Origin: Microcystis aeruginosa NIES-843 | GTDB taxonomy: Bacteria > Cyanobacteriota > Cyanobacteriia > Cyanobacteriales > Microcystaceae | DNA length: 32,000 nucleotides | NCBI RefSeq assembly: GCF_000010625.1 | Contig: NC_010296.1 | Span: 5,640,001-5,672,000, forward strand | Direction: 5' to 3' | In this document: piece by piece, positions 25,020 to 32,000 of the stretch | How the letters are laid out: every line of letters starts with the position of its first letter | Numbering within the stretch: the stretch's first letter is position 1 | Translations under genes and position numbers: made by a program | Notes under the pieces: model-generated | The model's input: the letters and a program-made list of their open reading frames with translations, nothing else | Database searches by the model: none | What the model was told of the DNA's origin: nothing

Positions 25020-25280
25020 TTAATAAATAATTTCATCGATGTTTTCAGCGTAGTTAGTTACAACTTGACCCCGATTATCTTGTCCGATAATATATTTAGG
25101 CTCAGGTTGGACAATTTCTAAACTTCCACAAAGTTCCCAAGTACGAGTCTTAGTAATATCTGGTAATTCAGCTTGAACATAATTTTCCAAAGCTTTGATA
25201 ACAATCTCTTGAACCGAGGATTTTTGTTCTTGCAAACGAGATATTAATTCGTCGGGAATTTCGATCAATATTTGAGTCAT
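25020..25280 (-). CDS. antitoxin partner of the PIN toxin
   Basis: 86-aa ORF immediately upstream of the PIN gene on the same strand. The N-terminal part (ILIEIPDELISRLQEQ..SVQEIVIKALENYV) looks like a small DNA-binding antitoxin fold. Assignment rests on gene context. Confidence 0.65.
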   Translation of the reverse strand: MTQILIEIPDELISRLQEQKSSVQEIVIKALENYVQAELPDITKTRTWELCGSLEIVQPEPKYIIGQDNRGQVVTNYAENIDEIIY

Positions 25281-25424
25281 TGATAAACCTTAGAGATTAA
25301 CGTTGTTTTACTAACATTATAGCCTGTTTGTGAATTATAACCAAGAGACGCAAATGCAATTACCTGAATCAGTTACCAAAAGGCTAACAACTGTTCACTG
25401 ATTCAGGTGATTCGCCATAAGTCC

Positions 25425-25548
25425 AGAAAACGGGTTTCTGAAGATTGTCTCTCAATTACTCCCTCACAATGACAATTTTAGCGGGTCATGGCGAGAAGGC
25501 GATGGCCACAAGTCCAGAAAACGGGTTTCTTTAAGAAACCCGTTTTCT
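25425..25548. repeat. REP-like elements: one half-site (25425-39) and one perfect palindrome (25516-48), each preceded by GCCA(T/C)AAGTCC
   Basis: Direct reading. The palindrome AGAAAACGGGTTTCT-TTA-AGAAACCCGTTTTCT abuts the truncation point of Rpn fragment D. Confidence 0.85.
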
Positions 25549-25550
25549 AG

Positions 25551-25646
25551 GTGAACTTCGGGAAAGAAAAAGTATAAAAACGCTTCAAAATATTCGCTTA
25601 ATGCTTCTTTCTAGGGTTCATCATAATTGGCGGTTGTTGGGTTAAT
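25551..25646 (-). pseudogene. Rpn-family gene fragment D (first 32 codons only, start and Trp12 mutated)
   Basis: It aligns to codons 1-32 of copies B and C. ATG has become ATT (25644-46) and TGG has become TAG (25611-13). It is cut off at 25551 by the REP palindrome. The usual 21-nt spacer separates it from the stop of copy E. Confidence 0.8.
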
Positions 25647-25667
25647 TGGAGAAGAAAATTACTGAGA

Positions 25668-26869
25668 CTATTGTTCTAAAAGTTGATGCAACTCATCAAA
25701 AGAATTAACGGTTAATGCCGATTTCAGTAACTCGTCTAAAATCGATAATACAGAAATTTGATCAACAGCTTGCTCAATTCCTATTGGAATATCACCCAAT
25801 CGCGTTTTCAGCACCGTTTTAACATAGTTACGAGCATTTTCTAACGCTCCGATTTCCTTGCCGCGTTCTATACCTCGTAACTCCCCAATTTCCTTACCAA
25901 TTTCCTTACCGATTTCCTTACCGCGTTCTATTCCTCGTAACTCCATATTACTCATTAAAGGCATGGTTCTTTCCTCCTCAAATTGTTTGATTTTACTCTC
26001 TAAGCTTGACTGCAATTCAGGGGATAAAGTCATCATATTGTCGATGATTTCAAACAGTTTAATTATCTGTTCTCTCTCGAACTCCTTTTCATATAATCCC
26101 CTGATTAACTTCCACTTCCACTGTTCCCGTTGTGGCAGCTTCCCAGTAGTCGCTTTTGTTTTCAGGTGTGCCATGACTATTATAGCAAAGGGATTGCTAC
26201 TTGCTTCTAGTTCTGACCAGTTTTCCTCATAGTCCAGTAATTTGACTGTTGGGAATTTCAGACTCACTTCACAACCAGCGATAGTATAATTATAGGAATC
26301 TGGTCGCCAATTTACTCTTTCATCTCCTAATATAGCGAGACTGATAACTGGTTTCTGATACAAATCAAAGGCCCGATAGTTATAAATATACATCCTCTGA
26401 GGGAAATTTTCTTCGTACTGGCTTTGAATTTCAATATGAATCAAAATCCAGACTTCTTCACGGGAGCATCTCACCTTTGCAATGAGCATAAATACTTAGT
26501 GGAAAAATAGGCTTTTCGAGGGTAATTCTTGTTTTAATTCTCCATGTACGCAGTCTTTAAAAGCCTCTATTTCGTTCCAAGACACGATTAAGAGTGGCTT
26601 TTAGGCTAAGTATAATTACTTATCGCGTAAGTGAGATGCTCCCCTTCTTCACCCCTGAGTAACCAGACTTTATAGAGTTTGTCAGCGAAACGTTTTTTTG
26701 TCTTTGCTGAAGCGGTAATCCGTTTGAGTTCTTTTTCTAGGGATTCGGGAATTTTTGTCCAATCAATCAATTGGTGAACTTCGGGAAAAAAGAAGTATAA
26801 AAACGCTTCAAAATACTCGCTTAATGCTTCTTTCCAGGGTTCATCATAATTGGCAGTTGGTTGTTTCAT
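25668..26869 (-). pseudogene. Rpn-family gene copy E, disrupted by a MITE insertion
   Basis: ORFs 26606..26869 (N-terminal) and 25668..26489 (C-terminal) are the two halves. Removing 26462-26643 plus one TSD copy restores an in-frame 336-codon gene collinear with copies B and C. Confidence 0.9.
26462..26643. mobile_element. MITE copy 2 (182 bp), inserted in Rpn copy E
   Basis: It has the same TIRs as copy 1 and the 9-bp TSD CTTCTTCAC (26453-61 and 26644-52). Paralogues B and C carry a single CTTCTTCAC at the homologous position, i.e. empty sites. Confidence 0.9.
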
Positions 26870-27021
26870 GGCAAGTCGCTACCAATTGGAAAGTTAGGCA
26901 CTCATCTAAATCTATTATTCCCCATAAATATCATCAATACTACTTGTCGTCACAAAACTTCCCATTAGAGCAACCTACATCTACATCTTTGTTCTGACAT
27001 TTATTGGTAAAACTATATAAT

Positions 27022-27092
27022 GCCGTCGGATAGCCGGGGAAGGAACCAGATAAACCAGGGAAGATATCTTTAACCAAAAAAGGAGTTGACAT
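27022..27092 (-). pseudogene. 5' remnant of an ELWxxDGT-repeat protein gene
   Basis: The minus strand reads ATG..MSTPFLVKDIFPGLSGSFPGYPTA, compared with MSIPFLVKDISPYGSLPLELTA at 20763. The ~40 nt upstream (27093-27130) nearly match 20764-20802. Homology ends at ~27022. Confidence 0.7.
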
Positions 27093-27119
27093 GATTTTTT
27101 CCTGAATAAAGAGTAAAAA

Positions 27120-28313
27120 TTAAACAATTAAAGAAGGCACCATCCAGACGGATTGAGTGCCGTCGAGGTCGGTATCCGGTCCAATTAGCGCCGGGTTGCG
27201 GTAGCCCGGGAGGACGGAGACGGCGAAAACCTCCTCCACGCCGCTATTGAACCAAAAAGTGGCCCCCAGTTGACTGGTGGCCAGGTTGACAATAGCCAAC
27301 CCGCACCGCAATTGATTACGCCGCTCATCCAGGGGTAAACCGCCAAAAACCGCCGTTTCCCGCACTTGGGACAACCCGACAAAGGCGTGACCTTCCCAAC
27401 AGTCCAAACCCCGGGTAAAACCGGGCAATTCGGCGATGATTTCCGTGCTACCAGTTTGGGGATGCCAACGGTTCAAGGTTCCATAACCGGAATTGAGGAA
27501 ATAGAGATTACCCTGGTAAAGGCGGGGAGAATGGGGCATAGCTAAACCCCGCAGAATCACCTCTCCTCTAGCCACATCAATCAAGCATCCGCCCTGGGCC
27601 TTATTCTCTCGCCAGAGGCTTTCCTGGTTGGTTTCCCCCAATGCCGTTACATAGGCGGGAGTGCCGCTATTTTCAGCCATAGCCAAGCCATTGAGGTGGC
27701 AGCGGTCTCCGGGGACTAACTCGGTAATAAAAGGCGGTTTCCACTGGGGGAGAAAACTCCAATTTCCTTCGATGGTTGCCAGACAGTTAAATAGGGTATT
27801 GACCACCCAAAGGCGATTACTGCCAAAGGCCAAATCATGACCCATAATCGGGCCGGTGAGGTGAGAGGAGCGGGCCAAAAAGGCGATATCCTGTTCCCCT
27901 TCGGGTTTAATCTGGGGGGCAATCTCTCGATTAGCGGGTAAATTCCAAATTGCCTGACGAGCGCCCACAGCAATTCCGGTAGCAGTTCGGGTTAAACCCA
28001 TTGCTTGGTCAAAATGGGCGAAACTCACCCGCATTTGTCCTTGATAAGTGCCAATGCTGGCCACTCGTCCCGCTTGGTAGGTGGAAATCAACACCGACAA
28101 GTCAAACTGGTTGAGTAATTCCGGCAGATTGAGGCTGTACTCATAATTTACCGGCACTGCTTGGCGCTGAGATGGACTCGCTGCTGGCTCCTGAGTATCT
28201 GAAAACTGGTTAGTCTTGGGCGGCAAGCTGTCCATAGAGTTTCTTTGGTATAGATTAGAATCAATTTTAATAATTGATTTTTGTTTATGGTTTATTATGG
28301 TTTCAGTTGGCAT
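27120..28313 (-). CDS. TIGR03032-family protein (conserved, function unknown); start uncertain (28313 or 28235)
   Basis: 397 aa containing blocks I associate with TIGR03032/DUF4915: LISTYQAGR, RLWVVNT..NCL, GDRCHLNGLAM, GGCLIDV, MPHSPR...G.LY.LNSG.G. Confidence 0.75.
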   Translation of the reverse strand: MPTETIINHKQKSIIKIDSNLYQRNSMDSLPPKTNQFSDTQEPAASPSQRQAVPVNYEYSLNLPELLNQFDLSVLISTYQAGRVASIGTYQGQMRVSFAHFDQAMGLTRTATGIAVGARQAIWNLPANREIAPQIKPEGEQDIAFLARSSHLTGPIMGHDLAFGSNRLWVVNTLFNCLATIEGNWSFLPQWKPPFITELVPGDRCHLNGLAMAENSGTPAYVTALGETNQESLWRENKAQGGCLIDVARGEVILRGLAMPHSPRLYQGNLYFLNSGYGTLNRWHPQTGSTEIIAELPGFTRGLDCWEGHAFVGLSQVRETAVFGGLPLDERRNQLRCGLAIVNLATSQLGATFWFNSGVEEVFAVSVLPGYRNPALIGPDTDLDGTQSVWMVPSLIV

Positions 28314-28543
28314 TAATGGGCTTTATTATAGACAAATTAATCAATATTATTTATAAACTTTTCTTAACTTTTTTTGTATCAAATTTACTTGAACGGTAGT
28401 ATTAAATACTTATGATTGAGTTTGTGTAAAACACTTTTGCAATTATGGGATTTTAGGATTGACCAGATCTAGCTAAGAATTTAGCTTAAGCCTATTCTTT
28501 TGGATATAAACTTGATTCTAGAAAAACTATTGGTAATCAGAAA

Positions 28544-29701
28544 ATGCTGACTTCATCGCCTCCCAATCTCTCGCAACTTGCCCTTTTATTTCTCAAAATC
28601 GGCATTATCGGTTTTGGTGGTCCGGCTGCCCATATCGCTTTAATGGAGGAAGAAGTGGTTAAGCGTCGCGGTTGGATGACTAAGGAGCGATTTCTCGATT
28701 TGGTGGGGGCAACTAATCTGATTCCTGGTCCTAATTCCACGGAAATGGCCATTCATATCGGTTATATTTTTGGGGGTTTAGCGGGTTTAATAATCACGGG
28801 GGTTTGTTTTATTACTCCTGCGGTGTTAATTACGGGTTTTCTAGCTTGGATTTATACTACCTACGGGACTTTACCGGATGTGGCCCCGATTTTTGCGGGG
28901 ATTAAACCGGTAGTAATTGCGGTGATTTTTCAGGCACTCTGGCGCTTAGGCAAAAAGGCACTGAAAACCCGTCAATTACTCTTCATCGGATTGGGAGTTA
29001 TCGGATTATTAATCTTAGGTTTAAATGAAGTTATCGCTTTACTGTTAGGCGGAATTATCGGGATGTTTATCCTAAAAAAATTCGCTACCTTTCCCCTGAT
29101 TGTGGCAGGAATAGGCGGTGCGACGGCGGTTGCTACTCCTAGCAACATCCCACCGACATTAACAGGATTAGGGCTATTTTTTCTCAAGGTGGGTAGTGTT
29201 TTATTTGGTAGTGGTTATGTGTTAGTTGCCTTTTTAGAAGGGGATTTAGTGCAGGGGAAAGGATGGTTAACCCAGCAACAATTATTAGATGCTATTGCCG
29301 TGGGTCAATTTACCCCCGGTCCAGTGTTATCCACAGCCACTTTTATTGGTTATCAAATATTAGGAGTATCGGGGGCAATTGTGGCGACTCTAGCGATTTT
29401 CTTTCCCTCTTTTATCTTTGTTTTATTACTTAATCCCCTCATTCCTAAGCTGAGAGAATCGGTTTGGGCAGGGGCTTTTTTAGATGCGATTAATGCTAGT
29501 GCTGTGGCTTTAATGGTAGCAGTTATTTTTAATTTAGCTCTAGCTACTTGGTTACAACCCTACGGGAATTTGCCTTTTAATTTATTGGCTATCATTCTAT
29601 CTCTTATCTCCGCTATTCTTTTACTACGTTTTCAGGTTAATTCTACTTGGTTAATTCTTGCTGGCGCGCTTATTGGTTTGCTCTTAAAACAATTAGGTTA
29701 G
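28544..29701 (+). CDS. chrA: chromate transporter (CHR family, two-domain long form)
   Basis: 385 aa. FLKIGIIGFGGPAAHIALMEEEVV.RRGW is duplicated as FLKVGSVLFGSGYVLVAFLEGDLV.GKGW in the second half. About 10-12 TM helices are predicted. Confidence 0.9.
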   Translation: MLTSSPPNLSQLALLFLKIGIIGFGGPAAHIALMEEEVVKRRGWMTKERFLDLVGATNLIPGPNSTEMAIHIGYIFGGLAGLIITGVCFITPAVLITGFLAWIYTTYGTLPDVAPIFAGIKPVVIAVIFQALWRLGKKALKTRQLLFIGLGVIGLLILGLNEVIALLLGGIIGMFILKKFATFPLIVAGIGGATAVATPSNIPPTLTGLGLFFLKVGSVLFGSGYVLVAFLEGDLVQGKGWLTQQQLLDAIAVGQFTPGPVLSTATFIGYQILGVSGAIVATLAIFFPSFIFVLLLNPLIPKLRESVWAGAFLDAINASAVALMVAVIFNLALATWLQPYGNLPFNLLAIILSLISAILLLRFQVNSTWLILAGALIGLLLKQLG

Positions 29702-29736
29702 GGGGAAATAATGCCCCAAACTAACCTATATTTTCC

Positions 29737-30387
29737 TTAAACTTTTGCCATTGATGTAGTTGGTTCTCTGAGCTTTTCTACCCAGTTATAAATCTGATCG
29801 CGGTCTAGTCGATAGCTGAGGGGATGGGCGATTAATCGAGCGCTACTAGCAAATAATTCGTCAATTTCTACTAAACCATTTTCCCGTAAAGTTCGACCGG
29901 TGGAAACTAGGTCAACTATCGCTTCTGACATCCCCGTAATCGGGCCTAATTCTACGGAACCATAGAGAGGTATAATCTCGACGGGAATATCTAAACGACG
30001 AAAATAATCCTTAGCACAATTGACAAATTTTGAGGCAACTTTACCGTGATGGGGAATATCTAAGGGACTTTGATAGGGACTATCAGCAGGGACAGCTACC
30101 GACATCCGACAGTAACCAAATTTTAGGTCAATTAAATTAGCCACATCGGGAGATTTTTCTAATAAAACATCATAACCGGCGATGCCTAATTGTGCCTGAC
30201 CGTATTCTACATAAACTGGTACATCTGTTGCTCTTACTAATAACGCTTTCGCTTGGTTAGTGGGGTCGGTAATCTGTAATTGGCGATTTTTTGAGTCAAG
30301 AAAGGCACTAAAATCTAAGCCAATTTTCTGAAATATTTGGATACTTTCGTTTAGTAAAGCACCCTTCGGTAAGGCAATTGTTAGCAT
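29737..30387 (-). CDS. hisG: ATP phosphoribosyltransferase, short form
   Basis: The true start is [15 protein letters not shown] (ATG at 30387-30385). The 62 codons upstream in the track ORF translate heptamer repeats. Family blocks present: [27 protein letters not shown]. Confidence 0.9.
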   Translation of the reverse strand: MLTIALPKGALLNESIQIFQKIGLDFSAFLDSKNRQLQITDPTNQAKALLVRATDVPVYVEYGQAQLGIAGYDVLLEKSPDVANLIDLKFGYCRMSVAVPADSPYQSPLDIPHHGKVASKFVNCAKDYFRRLDIPVEIIPLYGSVELGPITGMSEAIVDLVSTGRTLRENGLVEIDELFASSARLIAHPLSYRLDRDQIYNWVEKLREPTTSMAKV

Positions 30388-30404
30388 AGAGGGAATTATG
30401 AATT

Positions 30405-30560
30405 GGGAAGTGGGGTGTGGGGTGTGGGGTGTAGGGTGTGGGGTGTAGGGTGTGGGGTGTAGGGTGTAGGGTGTAGGGTGTGGGGTGTGGGGAGAATAAA
30501 TAAAAAATAATCTCCTGACTCCTGAATCCTGAATCCTGAATCCTGAATCCTGTCTCCTAA
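30405..30560. repeat. composite repeat module: 12 x (G/A)GGGTGT heptamers, 19-nt AT spacer, 7 x (C/A)TCCTGA heptamers
   Basis: Heptamers were counted directly (30405-30492 and 30512-30560). The module is the inverted counterpart of 31350-31567. Confidence 0.9.
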
Positions 30561-31306
30561 CAGCTAAAATCATAACTGATAACCGAGATGGCAGTCAGTT
30601 CTCTAATGACCACATCAGCTAATTGTAAATCTTGATGGGTTTCCGGTTGCCAACTAATTGCGATCGCTGCTGCTGATTTTGCCTGTTTAGCCATTTCCCA
30701 ATCGGCCCTAGTGTCCCCCACCATCAGGGTTTTGTCCACTGCGATCCCCAAAGCTTGACAGGTTTCTTGCAATAATAGGGGATCGGGTTTACTTAAACCT
30801 CGATCGCAGCCCTGGGCAATTTTAATATAATTTAATAGGCCATTTTCCTTGACAAATTGCTCCACTCGTGCTGTGGTATCGGAGGAAAGAATCGCTAATT
30901 GTAACCCGGCCGCGTGCAGATAACGAATTACTTCTAAACATTGGGGATAGAGGGGATTGAAGCGGGGGGGAACCTTTTCATCGGCCGCTTGGAAGGCCGC
31001 TTTTGCGATCGCCATTGCCGTTAACCAATCCCGGCCGGTGGAAGCAATACAACCGGCAGCGGCGATATGATTATCTCTGCGGCTGCCCACTGCCATTAAA
31101 CCGGCAGGATTGAGACTATTTGCCCCAATACCGAAAGTTTTAGTTAATAAAGACTCTAAACCAGGGATTTGCGATTCAATGGCTTGTATCCGGGCTATAG
31201 CTCGATCGTACCAGAAAGCCCGCGAATCCTCTAGCGTACCGTCCTTATCAAAAACAATCCCTTGAATATCTCTAAATTCTCGATTACCACAGCGAATTAT
31301 CGACAA
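30557..31306 (-). CDS. HAD-superfamily hydrolase (subfamily IA, phosphatase-like); apparent TTG start
   Basis: 249 aa with motif I FDKDGTL, motif [10 protein letters not shown], and motif III K...[12 protein letters not shown]. No ATG lies upstream of motif I in frame, so the start is uncertain. Confidence 0.8.
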   Translation of the reverse strand: MSIIRCGNREFRDIQGIVFDKDGTLEDSRAFWYDRAIARIQAIESQIPGLESLLTKTFGIGANSLNPAGLMAVGSRRDNHIAAAGCIASTGRDWLTAMAIAKAAFQAADEKVPPRFNPLYPQCLEVIRYLHAAGLQLAILSSDTTARVEQFVKENGLLNYIKIAQGCDRGLSKPDPLLLQETCQALGIAVDKTLMVGDTRADWEMAKQAKSAAAIAISWQPETHQDLQLADVVIRELTAISVISYDFSC

Positions 31307-31349
31307 ATAAACCCCCTTATTTTTATTGAATGTCAGCCATCATTTTAGC

Positions 31350-31567
31350 TCTCAGGAGACAGGATTCAGGAGATAGGAGACAGGAGATTATTTCTATTTA
31401 TTCTCCCCATCCCCCCACTTCCCTACTTCCCACTTCCCTACACCCCACACCCCACTACCCCACACCCCACACCCCACTACCCCACACCCCACACCCCACT
31501 ACCCCACTACCCCACTACCCTACACCCCACACCCCACTACCCTACACCCCACACCCCACTTTCCTAT
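31350..31567. repeat. composite repeat module, inverted relative to 30405-30560 (TCAGGAG-type heptamers, AT spacer, ACTTCCC / ACACCCC / ACTACCCC units)
   Basis: Direct reading. The spacer CAGGAGATTATTTCTATTTATTCTCCCC is the near-exact reverse complement of GGGGAGAATAAATAAAAAATAATCTCCTG at 30489-30517. Confidence 0.9.
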
Positions 31568-31589
31568 ACCTTTTAAACAGGATTTAGTA

Positions 31590-32000
31590 TTATTCCTCAA
31601 AAGCGGCTTTTTGCTGACGGACTAAATCGACACCGCGGGAAGTTCCCAGACGGGTGGCCCCGGCCCGGATAAGAGCGATCGCTTGTTCTAGGGTGCGAAT
31701 TCCGCCGGATGCTTTAATTCCTACCCGGCCTTTGCTAATTTCCTTGAGAAACTTCACATCGCTAACCGTTGCACCTCCAAACCAGCCGGTACTGGTTTTT
31801 AGATAACTGACTCCTGCATCCATGCAAATTTCCGCCGCTAAGCGTTTCTCGGTGTCCGTCAGTTGCGAGGTTTCCAGAATCGCTTTTACCGTCTGGCCAG
31901 TTTCCTGACAAATACTAGCAATTTCTTGGAATAATTGCTCAGATTTCCCATCTTTTAGCCAACCGAGATTAATAACCACATCTAACTCCTTGGCACCATT
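31590..32000 (-). CDS. deoC: deoxyribose-phosphate aldolase (5' end off-window)
   Basis: The frame stays open to the window edge (..[16 protein letters not shown]). The Schiff-base Lys block YLKTSTGW and the IKASGGIRT block are present. Stop TAA at 31590-92. Confidence 0.9.
   Translation of the reverse strand, partial: NGAKELDVVINLGWLKDGKSEQLFQEIASICQETGQTVKAILETSQLTDTEKRLAAEICMDAGVSYLKTSTGWFGGATVSDVKFLKEISKGRVGIKASGGIRTLEQAIALIRAGATRLGTSRGVDLVRQQKAAFEE

Noticed and set aside
21272-26232. Plus-strand ORFs antisense to the Rpn copies (21272..21760, 22262..22531, 23213..23599, 25858..26232)
   Set aside because: The same antisense frame happens to stay open in each duplicated copy. The products are low-complexity Ser/Leu/Ile-rich, while the minus-strand products have clear PD-(D/E)XK/DUF4351 features.
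26755-26997. 80-aa plus-strand ORF overlapping the start of Rpn copy E
   Set aside because: It is antisense or intergenic read-through with no features. It overlaps a well-supported minus-strand gene start.
28470-28487. Palindrome TAGCTAA-GAAT-TTAGCTA in the divergent region between the TIGR03032-family gene and chrA, as a possible operator
   Set aside because: It is a short 7-bp arm in a very AT-rich region where such palindromes arise by chance. No regulator gene is adjacent. The evidence is too weak to call.
30388-30573. 62-codon N-terminal extension of hisG in the ORF track ([18 protein letters not shown]...HTPHPT...)
   Set aside because: The extension is heptamer-repeat translation. 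The HisG family starts at MLTIALPKG (ATG at 30387).
31330-31587. 85-aa ORF encoding PTPHTP-type repeats
   Set aside because: It is a translation of the ACACCCC/ACTACCCC tandem repeat module. It has no start context and no non-repeat sequence.

Overview
This looks like a cyanobacterial chromosome segment, probably Microcystis-like. That call is an inference from perfect HIP1 octamers (GCGATCGC) in the core genes, heptamer STRR-type repeats, xisI, and ELWxxDGT/RTX proteins. Housekeeping genes occupy both flanks. On the left are a GHL10-like hydrolase, bcp, a cell-wall amidase, pta, an NhaP-type antiporter and ald. On the right are chrA, hisG, a HAD hydrolase and deoC. Between ald and chrA (about 13.8-28.5 kb) lies a roughly 15 kb accessory patchwork. 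It holds an AT-rich type II m5C restriction-modification pair, xisI with a decapitated xisH, and a 1479-aa ELWxxDGT/Calx-beta/RTX secreted protein. It also holds a decaying tandem array of five Rpn/YhgA-like PD-(D/E)XK (DUF4351) paralogues, a VapBC-like toxin-antitoxin pair, and a TIGR03032-family gene. Mobile or selfish elements are: (1) an ORF-less group II intron (about 785 nt, minus strand, 11838..12622) with a textbook domain V/VI, sitting inside a heptamer-repeat tract; (2) an ISAs1-family IS; (3) two apparently identical copies of a 182-bp MITE with 13-bp TIRs and 9-bp TSDs, one splitting an Rpn paralogue; (4) a REP-like 15-bp palindrome family (AGAAAACGGGTTTCT) found at rearrangement breakpoints. 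I found no rRNA, tRNA or CRISPR array. No single clear-cut novel system can be proven from sequence alone. The best candidates for follow-up are the intron and its repeat-tract target, the Rpn array with its in-frame (GKEI)n microsatellite and a nuclease-less C-terminal ORF, and the TIGR03032 to ELWxxDGT gene linkage.
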